Source: Bdellovibrionales bacterium
GTDB lineage: Bacteria > Bdellovibrionota > Bdellovibrionia > Bdellovibrionales > JAGQZY01
Reading direction: 5' to 3'
NCBI GenBank assembly: GCA_020435205.1
Contig: JAGQZY010000002.1
Location: 22,059-86,058, forward strand
DNA: 64,000 bases
In this document: positions 38,457 through 47,251 of the stretch, piece by piece
Layout of the letters: each line of letters begins with the position of its first letter
Numbering within the stretch: position 1 is the stretch's first letter
Program-made: the position numbers and the translations under genes
Notes under the pieces: model-generated
The model's database searches: none
Told to the model about the DNA's origin: nothing
The model's input: only the letters and a program-made list of their open reading frames with translations

Positions 38457-41131
38457 ATAGCTTTCCAATCACAGTCTTCGCAAATTTTTTCGTCAAGAGG
38501 TTGTGTGTTCATGTCTCCCATCAAAATTTTACTCTGAATTTTTTTAACCAAAATTTTGGAGTCCTGAAGAATTTGCGACCACTGCCCTTCTTTTACTTTG
38601 GCCTTTTCAACAAAAATGTCTCGATATTCAGGTTCTACGATTCCGTAATTTTTTTGCAAATCGTTCAGTGTGTAAAACAGAGACCCTCCCACTGAAACCG
38701 GAGTTCCAGTGACAACCCCTTCAAGCAGAGCCCAACTATAGATAAGAAGTTGCAAATGCCCCTGCTTCAACCAAGAGGTGTATTGATGCAAACGATTGCC
38801 GCTAGATTTATAGTCAATGACGATACCCTGGCCACTAGGCGTTTGATCAATCCGATCAATCATACCGCGAAAGGGTATCCCCGCCTCTTCCTTTGAAAAT
38901 AGCTCTGCGTCCTCAGGATTGGCTAAGAAACTTTTAAATCTTTTTTCCATAAATTGAGTTTTAATCTGCGGATGTTGTCGACGCCACTCTCCCTCCACAT
39001 GCATAAAATCTCGAGTAAAGCGTAGATAAAAATGGCGCATCGATTCCCAAAACTCTTCTTGGTAAATTTCCATCTCTATTTCGAGGCGAGCCTGGTCAAT
39101 AATTTTCAATAACTGCTCATCGTTCAAGGCCCATTGATTTTTGGCCACCATCAACTCGCAAATCTTATGATACAAAGTTCCACGAGTCATGAAATCCAAA
39201 TCCAAATCCAATGACGGCAAATCACTCAATTTCAAGCCCCGAGTCGCAAAAAAAATAAAGGGGCACTGAAAGTAGGCCTCAAATGATGAGGCCGACAAAG
39301 ATAGGTTTTTTAAAGAGACTGGATGCATAGTCACTTTACCCAGATCTCTTTTCATAAAGTGCAATAGCTGCTCAATTTGGTCTTGATCCCAATCACAGTC
39401 CACCGAAGGGTCATAAAGCTTTGCTTTGAGAACCTGGTCCCATCGACAACTTTCAGGGGCCTGCAAATGATGGTCTTGCCCCAACTCTATCACACTTTGC
39501 AACCAGTAGTAGGATGGAGATTGAAACCTTCCCGAAAAGTCTGTTTCCGAGTGAAGCCCTACCAAACTTTTTAGATCTTTTTTACCAAGCCATTGTATTG
39601 ATTTTAAAACATGCCAGCGATCCGCATGGGGCAAATTAAAGCCAAAAAGCATTTTGATTGATTCGATATCTGCCCACTGCAAAGCTGTTTGTACACTTTC
39701 GACTAAATTGGCTTCAGAAAGACCAAGTAAAACCATATGCTGGAGAGGTTGATGAAAGGCAGCTGTCGGCGAGAGGACAAGAATGCCTTGCTGATCTCCC
39801 GGCTCTACTTTTTTCTCCTTTCGCACTATAAAGTACTCGAGAAACTCTAGCCATTTTTGCAAAGATAGCTCCTCTTTAACTAAGCGTAGGTCGTCAAACT
39901 GACTCACTAGATCGTCCCATAGAGTCAGTTGTTCCTTCGGAAAAAAAGCTTGTGACCAATACAAAAATTTTGAAAAACTCATTGTTTGACTGGGGTCCAC
40001 CTCAGGGGGCAAAGAGTTCCGAAAATCTGGGTCACGTGAAAAATCTTGCGGAGAATAAATATTTTTAAACTGGTGCTTATAATCTTGATAAGATAAGAGA
40101 GGCTCAGAGGATTCTGAGAAAAAAACTTGAGTCCCGTCAAAAACCTGAGCTTTCGCCAAAGAGAAACGAATCTTTGAAATCCAACCTTGATAGACTTCAA
40201 ACTGAGAATAAGTCGCTACCACATCTTTCTGACATGGAACGCCCTCAACAATGAGATGTTCACTTAAGGTGGGCCAATAGTTTTCGATGGCAGGCGATAC
40301 AATAGCAATATCACTGGGTACAACCCCCATGTCCAGCCAACGCCTCACCTCCACCACGGCCTGTTTGACTTCTGATAACATAGTGGGAAGTTTTAAAAAT
40401 CGCTTATGCCCAACCTGACTATGACTTTGATAATATTGGGCCTGACATCGATCAATGATCTGCTGATAAGGCTCAAGAATCTCACCAAGATCGGGAATAA
40501 TGACTTCAACAAGGGTTTCTGGCGTTCGGCTTAGGTTAAGGATGAGTTCCGATTCAATATCATCAATATCCAGCCCTAAATCAAAAACCAAGTGGGGCTT
40601 TGTACTGGAAAATTCTTGATTGACCAACAGCCCCTTAATCCATTCTTCAGGGATAAGCTTTTTATCTAAAAAGGCGGACCATAAAAATTGACAGGCTTTG
40701 TACCACTGATACCAGCGTCCTTGAGCCTCTTGATTTTCAGAAAACCATTCTTCAATAACATCTTCGCCTTGGAAGTGACTCAACAAAGGAAGGATCTGTC
40801 CCATTGTTTGAAATATTTTTCCTCGATCTTTTGACGAAATAGGAAAAGCCTCTCCCGCAAGCTCCATCCATTTTTCAATGAAGAAAGGAGAGACTTGAGT
40901 CGACAACACTTGCCATTCGGGATCGATGCGAAAAAGACTACGCTTCCATAGCTCACTGGCGCGTAAAACCTGGTCTCCTGCAATCACGGAACCTCGATGT
41001 TTCCTCAGCTGCTCTTGCAACCAAAATTTTCCAGATAGATCACTCACTATCCAAGTGACCTCTTGCCCCAACCGCGGTGTCAGCACTTGGTTTTTTTCAT
41101 CAGGATTTTTGAGAATATGAGCCTTTAGCAT
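38429..41131 (-). CDS. addB: Helicase/nuclease subunit B-like (inactive helicase fold, PD-(D/E)XK nuclease, Fe-S cysteines)
   Basis: 900 aa. C-terminal MIDRIDQ...VIDYKSS nuclease motif and the Cys pattern C...CEDCDWKAIC (C-x2-C-x5-C) typical of AddB. Its stop lies 28 nt inside addA. Confidence 0.7.
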   Translation of the reverse strand: MLKAHILKNPDEKNQVLTPRLGQEVTWIVSDLSGKFWLQEQLRKHRGSVIAGDQVLRASELWKRSLFRIDPEWQVLSTQVSPFFIEKWMELAGEAFPISSKDRGKIFQTMGQILPLLSHFQGEDVIEEWFSENQEAQGRWYQWYKACQFLWSAFLDKKLIPEEWIKGLLVNQEFSSTKPHLVFDLGLDIDDIESELILNLSRTPETLVEVIIPDLGEILEPYQQIIDRCQAQYYQSHSQVGHKRFLKLPTMLSEVKQAVVEVRRWLDMGVVPSDIAIVSPAIENYWPTLSEHLIVEGVPCQKDVVATYSQFEVYQGWISKIRFSLAKAQVFDGTQVFFSESSEPLLSYQDYKHQFKNIYSPQDFSRDPDFRNSLPPEVDPSQTMSFSKFLYWSQAFFPKEQLTLWDDLVSQFDDLRLVKEELSLQKWLEFLEYFIVRKEKKVEPGDQQGILVLSPTAAFHQPLQHMVLLGLSEANLVESVQTALQWADIESIKMLFGFNLPHADRWHVLKSIQWLGKKDLKSLVGLHSETDFSGRFQSPSYYWLQSVIELGQDHHLQAPESCRWDQVLKAKLYDPSVDCDWDQDQIEQLLHFMKRDLGKVTMHPVSLKNLSLSASSFEAYFQCPFIFFATRGLKLSDLPSLDLDLDFMTRGTLYHKICELMVAKNQWALNDEQLLKIIDQARLEIEMEIYQEEFWESMRHFYLRFTRDFMHVEGEWRRQHPQIKTQFMEKRFKSFLANPEDAELFSKEEAGIPFRGMIDRIDQTPSGQGIVIDYKSSGNRLHQYTSWLKQGHLQLLIYSWALLEGVVTGTPVSVGGSLFYTLNDLQKNYGIVEPEYRDIFVEKAKVKEGQWSQILQDSKILVKKIQSKILMGDMNTQPLDEKICEDCDWKAICRYPNLNL

Positions 41132-41193
41132 GAGTCTAGCAGTATAGGGTTTTCGATCGGGGAAACCTACCTGCGGGGCAGCGCGAGACTCAT

Positions 41194-42315
41194 TTAGCGG
41201 CGAAGTTTTCTATTGTGGGATTTGATGGAAGGACGCTCCAAATCAAAAAGTTCAAAGCTCCCAGGGTCGATACCAAAATCCAAAGAGAATTGCAGCATAT
41301 AGCGGCGATCTTCGAGCTGACCAGGATACTCTCCTAATTCTTGCCCATAGGTTGCCGCGTCGACCCGAAAAAACCAAAGGTCAAAACTAGCTCCTAGGGC
41401 ATAGTAGCCTTGGTGAAGACCTGCACGCACATCAATCAAGGGCCAGGAGATTTCAACCCCCACTCCAATCTTTTTGCCAATCTGCATATCGCTGTCATTA
41501 AGGTAGCGAAAATCTAAGGCGGGCTTGATCGACATTAACAATGTATCAAAGGTTAATCCTAAGCCCAGAATATGTTCTTGTTGAGTTGGCGCAGGGGTGG
41601 CTTGACCAAGACCACCATAATACTTGGTATTACCCATATCTCTCCAAGTGAAAGCAATTGTAGGCTTCAAAGCTCCCGGAAAAGTCAGTGTGGCTCCCCA
41701 ATCAAAGGCATAACCTGTACCCGTTTGTGAAAATTCATCTTGAATAGCATCAGAGCTTAAAGTGGCAATAGTAGAAACGCCAATAGGAATATGCCCACCA
41801 GTTCGAGTCACTCGCCGCCCCAACAATCCAATATCTAACATTTCTGGGATGAGGTTCATACCCCATCCAGCAAGGAAACCATAATCCACTCGATAGTTGG
41901 AATCGATGTTAGGAAATACCGGATTGTGCACATCAAATACGGCATCCACCAAACCATAGGCTCCAAAAGTCAGTCCACCAAAAGAGATCACTGATTTTCC
42001 CCCGGCATAGACGTTAACAGAGCTTCCATAAAGGCCACTAATGATACCATCGATGTCGCTAGAGTCTTCAGCAATGTCTAAATAATCTTGATAAGAGTCG
42101 TAAGTATTTGTACCCAATGCGGCATCAAAAAGAGTCCATTGGAAGGCTTTCATTTTGGCCAGGCCCGCCGGGTTATAGAAAACAGAGTCCGTATCATTCA
42201 CTATAGCGGTGAAAGCATTTCCCATCCCTAGGGCACGAGTCGATAACCCGATATCTGCTGCAAGCAGACTCTGTGAAAAAAGAAAAATGCAAAAAAGAAA
42301 AAGCTTCTTCAACAT
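41194..42315 (-). CDS. Outer-membrane beta-barrel, FadL/PorV/TraF-like family (paralog 1)
   Basis: 373 aa. Signal peptide ending LLA-AD. N-terminal motif RALGMGNAFTAIVNDTDSVFYNPAGLA. Alternating beta-strand pattern. C-terminal region RAGLHQGYYALG...YGQELG...DRRYMLQFSLDF shared with the paralogs. Confidence 0.7.
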   Translation of the reverse strand: MLKKLFLFCIFLFSQSLLAADIGLSTRALGMGNAFTAIVNDTDSVFYNPAGLAKMKAFQWTLFDAALGTNTYDSYQDYLDIAEDSSDIDGIISGLYGSSVNVYAGGKSVISFGGLTFGAYGLVDAVFDVHNPVFPNIDSNYRVDYGFLAGWGMNLIPEMLDIGLLGRRVTRTGGHIPIGVSTIATLSSDAIQDEFSQTGTGYAFDWGATLTFPGALKPTIAFTWRDMGNTKYYGGLGQATPAPTQQEHILGLGLTFDTLLMSIKPALDFRYLNDSDMQIGKKIGVGVEISWPLIDVRAGLHQGYYALGASFDLWFFRVDAATYGQELGEYPGQLEDRRYMLQFSLDFGIDPGSFELFDLERPSIKSHNRKLRR

Positions 42316-42321
42316 ATCTCC

Positions 42322-43140
42322 TTAGGGGGGGCAAGCACCAATAGGATTGGCTATGGCACAAGTTGTAAAATCACTTCCACAAGAATTGATCCCGATATCG
42401 CTAGAACCTATCGCTATACGCAAGGCCCAAACCTCGGTAGCATTGAAGCTTGCTGGATCTGTATTTGTACAAAAGCGAGCGAGGTTAGGATCAAGAGCAC
42501 AAATTGCAGTGATGTCAGCTCCTGCATCATCAACAAATCCTGTGCCGACCTCAGCAAGGCTCAGCATCATATTGGCCAGTCCACTACCAATTTGTCGCAC
42601 CCATGTTTCTGGAAAATCTGTATTGTCACATTGACTAAAACCGGCATCGGCTATTCCATCGTCATCAGTATCTGCTAGCGAGCTCAAAATCGTCCCCATC
42701 TTAGCAAAACTGTTAAAAAGCATGAGCATATTTTCATCACCATTACGAGCGGAAGGCGCACCAATATTACTGAGGATACCCTCAGCAATAATACAATCGT
42801 CGGAATCAGTAATCGCGGCTCCAGGAAAAGAACTCATCAAGGTTCCAAAAACGGTCGCCGACCCTATATTTTGCACATTATTAAGAAGGGGGAAAAATTC
42901 GAGCCCACAGCGGCCAGAGTAGGCTGAAGCGTAAATTGATCTACGCTCTTCATTGGCTAAAAATGTAGGGTCCAATGATTCTAAAAGGATAATCGCTGCT
43001 GCATAGTCCCCTTTATCGATTTCCATTTTCGCTTGAAAAAAAACAGCTTCAGGAGTGTCCTTCTTTGCCAATTCATCAAAATAATTGGTTGAGCAACCTA
43101 GGAAAATAAAGAAGAAGATTAAAGTAATTCCATTTCTCAT
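42322..43140 (-). CDS. Cysteine-rich lipoprotein (8 Cys after the lipobox, C-terminus ...GACPP)
   Basis: 272 aa. Lipobox IFLGC. One TPR-like helix pair near the N-terminus (DKGDYAAAIILLESL). Lies 2 nt and 6 nt from the flanking barrel genes. Confidence 0.65.
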   Translation of the reverse strand: MRNGITLIFFFIFLGCSTNYFDELAKKDTPEAVFFQAKMEIDKGDYAAAIILLESLDPTFLANEERRSIYASAYSGRCGLEFFPLLNNVQNIGSATVFGTLMSSFPGAAITDSDDCIIAEGILSNIGAPSARNGDENMLMLFNSFAKMGTILSSLADTDDDGIADAGFSQCDNTDFPETWVRQIGSGLANMMLSLAEVGTGFVDDAGADITAICALDPNLARFCTNTDPASFNATEVWALRIAIGSSDIGINSCGSDFTTCAIANPIGACPP

Positions 43141-43142
43141 GG

Positions 43143-44207
43143 TTAAAACCTCATCGCAAATTTAAAAATACCGCGACGATCTCTCTGTTCAAATCCATTC
43201 ACAATGATGGGCTCTGAATAGGTCGCCATTTGAAATTGTAAAAAATCAGTAGAGTACTCCAGACCTGCGGTCCAATCATTTTGATGGTAACCGGCCCGAA
43301 AAAAGTAGGCATCCCATACGTTAACTTCCATTCCTATATGGGTGCGGTCCATATGGTCATCAACATTTTTGGTATCAAGAAGATTCGTGTATTCTACTGT
43401 AAATGTAGCGCGGCTATGATTAGAAAGTATCGGGAATATCGCAAAAGCTGCATCAACAGATTGCTCAATCGGAGCCGGATCACCATTGTTACCCATTCCA
43501 AAGATCCCACCACCTGTTGTGAAAGAGGTGTGCCCCACATCGCGAATATAAACTGTGAGGGTTGGTATCCAAAACCAAGGACCAGCTAGGGTCAGGCCGC
43601 TATCCAAACCGACACCAAGGCCTTCGCTAGCAAAGGCACTCAAATCGAGAGAGTCCGTAGAAGGATCAAGAACTCCATGGTACTGCACGCGATTGATCAT
43701 CTTGCCAGTAAAACCCCATTTAATCCGACCTCCCCAAAAGCGAAGGTTATAGCCAAGAACTAAACCATAGTCGTTAAGATAGTTGTAATCGTAAGTCCCA
43801 TCACTATTGCGCTGAGCAAGGACCTCATATTTTCCCAAAAGGCCAACGCCAAAATTGGGAACAACGACGGAAGGAAAAATCTGAGATTTGAAATAGTAGG
43901 GCTGGTTTGGGTTGCGCGAAAGCTCATCATAGAGATCCTGCGGGCTCACCGAGCCAAGGCCTAGTGTTCCCGAAAGCACGTCTGTGCGATTGGCTGATGC
44001 TGTCACTTCAGGATCAACAACCGTAAAAAAATAGTCTCGCAATTTGCCAAGACCATTGGCATTAGAGAGGACAGAGGTTTCATCGTTGACGACAGCGATG
44101 CTAGCACCGCCCATCCCCATTTGACGAACACCGCGATAAAACTCAAAGTCAGCAAAAGCGGACTGTGCAAACAATAACAAAATGAAAATATATATCTGTC
44201 TATTCAT
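43143..44207 (-). CDS. Outer-membrane beta-barrel, FadL/PorV/TraF-like family (paralog 2)
   Basis: I take the start at MNRQIYIFILLLFAQSAFA (ATG complement of 44205-44207). Motif RQMGMGGASIAVVNDETSVLSNANGLG. C-terminal RAGYHQNDWTAGLEY...DRRGIFKFAMRF. Confidence 0.7.
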   Translation of the reverse strand: MNRQIYIFILLLFAQSAFADFEFYRGVRQMGMGGASIAVVNDETSVLSNANGLGKLRDYFFTVVDPEVTASANRTDVLSGTLGLGSVSPQDLYDELSRNPNQPYYFKSQIFPSVVVPNFGVGLLGKYEVLAQRNSDGTYDYNYLNDYGLVLGYNLRFWGGRIKWGFTGKMINRVQYHGVLDPSTDSLDLSAFASEGLGVGLDSGLTLAGPWFWIPTLTVYIRDVGHTSFTTGGGIFGMGNNGDPAPIEQSVDAAFAIFPILSNHSRATFTVEYTNLLDTKNVDDHMDRTHIGMEVNVWDAYFFRAGYHQNDWTAGLEYSTDFLQFQMATYSEPIIVNGFEQRDRRGIFKFAMRF

Positions 44208-44366
44208 CGATCTCTTCCTTGAAATCCTATCTATAGATCGGTTCATCTTCGTTTCAACTTGAGAAATTCAGTAAAGACTAGCCTCAACCTTAGTCCTAAA
44301 AAAAATCCATAGCCGAGGCCACTTTTATCTCTTAAAATGTATCTATATTATTTCAACGGAGGAAAT

Positions 44367-45059
44367 ATGCAGAAATCAGCGATCTTTGCTGGCCTGATGG
44401 TTTTAGTTTTTATTGTGGGCGGTTGTGAAGATGACAAGAAGTCCAAACTTTTTAAAACCCAAGTGTGTATTAATCAATCCACACCTGCGACGGTCGCTGG
44501 TTGTTCTTCACTTTTAGGTAATACCACTGGGAAGCAGGCTGCAGCTCTGCGCTGTTCAATTAAATTCATTGAGGCCGGTGTTACTGAAAGCCAAATCATC
44601 ACCGCCCTTGAAAACATTGATGATCAAAACGCGGGTCAAGACCCAACCTCTGCTGCAGTAAACTCTATCAAAATGAATACTGTCGCTGACTCTACAGAGG
44701 CCCGTCAATATTGTGATGAGTCCGAATCAGAAGCCCTGATCGCACTTTCTTATATCGCCCATATGGCAACAATCATGTCCATTGGTTTAGCCAGCTTGAA
44801 TTCTGATCTTGAAGCGGCAATTGCCAGCTTCGATCCCAATAGTCCTCCCGGCGACCTGGATCAAGCGGCCCTAGGACAAACGGTTATTGATAGCCAACAG
44901 AGCTTATGCGATACAAAGAATGGAATGCTCAAAGACTCTGAAGCCTGCGGTAACATCAACAAGGCCATTGAGTGCGGTGCTGGTGACAGTAGTGCTGTAG
45001 CCAACGCCATGATTTACTTTTCTAAGGATGGCACTAGCGTCACTGACGCCTGCCCTTAA
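44367..45059 (+). CDS. Cysteine-rich lipoprotein (8 Cys after the lipobox, C-terminus ...DACP)
   Basis: I take the start at MQKSAIFAGLMVLVFIVGGC (ATG 44367, RBS GGAGGAA). Divergent from barrel paralog 2. Same Cys count and terminal A-C-P as the 42322-43140 product. Confidence 0.65.
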   Translation: MQKSAIFAGLMVLVFIVGGCEDDKKSKLFKTQVCINQSTPATVAGCSSLLGNTTGKQAAALRCSIKFIEAGVTESQIITALENIDDQNAGQDPTSAAVNSIKMNTVADSTEARQYCDESESEALIALSYIAHMATIMSIGLASLNSDLEAAIASFDPNSPPGDLDQAALGQTVIDSQQSLCDTKNGMLKDSEACGNINKAIECGAGDSSAVANAMIYFSKDGTSVTDACP

Positions 45060-45081
45060 GAAATTCTCATCGAAAATTCAT

Positions 45082-45119
45082 AAGGGGCTTTTGTTTGCCA
45101 CTAATGATCAGCCCCTTTT
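45082..45119 (+). terminator. Candidate terminator of the 44367-45059 lipoprotein gene
   Basis: 8-bp GC-rich stem AAGGGGCT / AGCCCCTT followed by TT(TT). The 20-nt loop is large, which lowers confidence. Confidence 0.45.
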
Positions 45120-45203
45120 CAACAGAGTTAAAACCCCTTTTGCACTAGACTCAACGGCAAAGGTTACGACCTCAAGGGAGACACAGAAAACAAATCTGAT
45201 TAT

Positions 45204-45236
45204 ATAAAAAAAGGCGCTTGATCTGCGCCTTTTTAT
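45204..45236 (-). terminator. Rho-independent (bidirectional-looking) terminator downstream of rpsD
   Basis: Stem AGGCGC / GCGCCT with a 7-nt loop, an A-run on one side and a T-run on the other. About 25 nt past the rpsD stop. Confidence 0.75.
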
Positions 45237-45258
45237 TTGTCCTAATTTTGTGAAAAAA

Positions 45259-45891
45259 TTAAACGCTACGAAGCGAGTAGTATTCCGCAAAAAGGTTAGA
45301 TGAAAATCCGAAAGGAATGTAAGCCGTTCCAGGAACTTCTTTCACGACTCCAACCGTCTTACCACCCTTATCTTCTTTGGAAAGGTAATCAGGCACATCC
45401 AAGCGAGGAGCATCTTTGCATTGAACAACACATTGGTGCTCATAGGACTTATCCTTAAGAGAGATCTCATCACCAAGCTTTAGAACGGCAGAACCCACAT
45501 TTACCTTTTGACCGTTCACAAGAACATGACCATGGCTCACCATCTGACGAGCAGCACGAATGCTAGGAGCAAAACCAAGACGAAAAACAGCATTGTCCAA
45601 GCGAAGCTCAAGAAGACCAGCCAAAGAATCAATCCAGTTTTTCGTAGCGTTACCTCGTTTTGCATCACGGATAAAACGACGAAGTTGCTTTTCGCGAATT
45701 CCGTAATGGAACATCACCTTCTGCTTTTCTTCGAGTTGCAAAGCATAGTTAGAAAACTTTTTTCTTTTGTTACCATGCTCTCCCGGAGGATAAGGGCGGC
45801 GCTCAAGGGCTCCAGCTTTACCTAAACCAGGGAGTTCAGTTCCCAGACGACGTTGAATGCGAAAACGGGCTTTACTCTTGTCTTTACTCAT
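45259..45891 (-). CDS. rpsD: 30S ribosomal protein S4
   Basis: 210 aa. N-terminal RFRIQRRLGTELPGLGKAG and an S4 RNA-binding domain (RLDNAVFRLGFAPSIRAARQMVSHGHVLVNG). Confidence 0.95.
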   Translation of the reverse strand: MSKDKSKARFRIQRRLGTELPGLGKAGALERRPYPPGEHGNKRKKFSNYALQLEEKQKVMFHYGIREKQLRRFIRDAKRGNATKNWIDSLAGLLELRLDNAVFRLGFAPSIRAARQMVSHGHVLVNGQKVNVGSAVLKLGDEISLKDKSYEHQCVVQCKDAPRLDVPDYLSKEDKGGKTVGVVKEVPGTAYIPFGFSSNLFAEYYSLRSV

Positions 45892-45963
45892 TATTGATCC
45901 ACTCCAAATGTTTTAAAGTGGTGTTTTATTACATACATATAGCAGGATGTCACATAAAAAAAT

Positions 45964-46000
45964 GGGCAAAAAAGAGGCCCTGGCAAACATCGCCAGGGCC
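45964..46000 (-). terminator. Rho-independent terminator of barrel paralog 3
   Basis: 9-bp stem GGCCCTGGC / GCCAGGGCC with a 7-nt loop, followed on the minus strand by TCTTTTTTGCCCATTTTTTT. Confidence 0.8.
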
Positions 46001-46036
46001 CAGTCAAAATTATAAGTGTATGAAATTACTATGATT

Positions 46037-47167
46037 TCAGAAGTCTAAGCTCATGGTCGTCATATAGCGGCGGTTCTGGATTCGCTGGTCGGCAATCCCC
46101 ACGTCTTCGCCATAGGTGGCCAAATCCAACTTAAAGATCCCAAACTCACCCGTAAAGCCCAGGGTTGGGTAGCCCTGATTGAGACCAGCCCTCCAGCCTC
46201 CACGCCACCAAGAAAAAACCTTCCACTGAAACTCAATCCCCATGTGAAGACCCTTCATAAGATTCCAATTTGGGTGCAGCATATCGCGAATATCAAAAGC
46301 GAGCTTACTGCTCCAAATCCACCAATCGGGCAGCTCAATGGAGCTGCCAATGTCGATCACGCGGTTCAACCTTTGTGGACTCCCGGTCTGGTCGCCGATG
46401 AGTTTCAAATTACTAAAGTATCCATAGTCCCCAATGTTGCGAATCACGATCCCCGCACTGGGGTTCCAACGCTCCCATGGGCCCTTCCATAAAAAGCCCA
46501 CATCAGCATCCAAAGTCATCCCTTCCTTAGCATTTTTTTCGTTAAACACTTCATCGTTGAGGGCAATGTTAGCCACACTCACTAGCTCATCGACATTCAT
46601 TCTGTAGATAAGCTTTCCAGTCACCCCAACACTGAAAGCGCCTTTATCTTTCCACTTATTGATTTTCCAATTTTTAGTAAAGGCAATGGTGGTATCCTGA
46701 ATAGCTACTAAATTGATGGCTGGCCCCACCGACTTATCAATTCTCATATCAATAGAAAGGTCGGTAGGAATGATTGCCAATCCCCAGCTGGGTCTCGCCC
46801 ACAAAAACCCTAGAGATGGTAAGCGAAGGGAATAGTGCTTGCCATAATTCTTTGCTAATAAATCGGTAATCTGCTGAACTTCGTTGGTTTTATCATTTCC
46901 AGCCTTATCGACTTCGTCCATCAAATCAAGAAAGTCGGGGTCTAAATCTGCTTTTAAAAACCAGTTGGATTCCCCTTTTTGCAATTGGCTTAACCCCGCA
47001 GGATTGTAAAATATGGCTGTATTATCATCGGCCACAGCAACAAAAGCATTACCCATTCCGACAGCTCGAGTCCCTTCAAATCCACGACGAATTCCAAAAT
47101 ATAGGGACTCTGCATAAGCAGAAGATGAAAATAGCAAAGCCATCAGCAAACACCGAAAAAAAGTCAT
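46037..47167 (-). CDS. Outer-membrane beta-barrel, FadL/PorV/TraF-like family (paralog 3)
   Basis: 376 aa. Signal peptide ...SSSAYA. Motif RAVGMGNAFVAVADDNTAIFYNPAGLS. C-terminal RAGLNQGYPTLG...YGEDVG...NRRYMTTMSLDF. RBS AGAGG. Confidence 0.7.
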   Translation of the reverse strand: MTFFRCLLMALLFSSSAYAESLYFGIRRGFEGTRAVGMGNAFVAVADDNTAIFYNPAGLSQLQKGESNWFLKADLDPDFLDLMDEVDKAGNDKTNEVQQITDLLAKNYGKHYSLRLPSLGFLWARPSWGLAIIPTDLSIDMRIDKSVGPAINLVAIQDTTIAFTKNWKINKWKDKGAFSVGVTGKLIYRMNVDELVSVANIALNDEVFNEKNAKEGMTLDADVGFLWKGPWERWNPSAGIVIRNIGDYGYFSNLKLIGDQTGSPQRLNRVIDIGSSIELPDWWIWSSKLAFDIRDMLHPNWNLMKGLHMGIEFQWKVFSWWRGGWRAGLNQGYPTLGFTGEFGIFKLDLATYGEDVGIADQRIQNRRYMTTMSLDF

Positions 47168-47217
47168 CCGTAACCTCTTGTCTTTAAATTAGGTTTCATT
47201 GTCCTGAAAATCTTCTT

Positions 47218-47245
47218 TTGCGGCAAGTTCAAAAGTCTCTATAAT
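47218..47245 (+). promoter_or_regulatory. Candidate sigma70 promoter (TTGCGG, 16 nt, TATAAT) placed so the transcript would start at or next to the ATG (leaderless)
   Basis: Read directly: -35 at 47218-47223, -10 TATAAT at 47240-47245, ATG at 47252. No Shine-Dalgarno sequence lies between them. Confidence 0.35.
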
Positions 47246-47251
47246 AGAACC

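Noticed and set aside
39192-39209. (AAATCC)x3 tandem hexanucleotide repeat inside addB
   Set aside because: It is an in-frame hexamer encoding LDLDLD. With only three copies, copy-number change would not shift the frame, so it is not a credible phase-variation switch.
41132-41193. Possible terminator between barrel paralog 1 and addB (distal inverted repeat TGAGTCT ... AGACTCA)
   Set aside because: The arms are about 50 nt apart with no U-tract, so it is not a convincing intrinsic terminator. The genes may be co-transcribed.
45108-45290. 60-aa minus-strand ORF between the lipoprotein gene and rpsD
   Set aside because: It spans the two terminator hairpins and overlaps the rpsD 3-prime end. 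It is most simply explained as a chance ORF in an intergenic terminator region.
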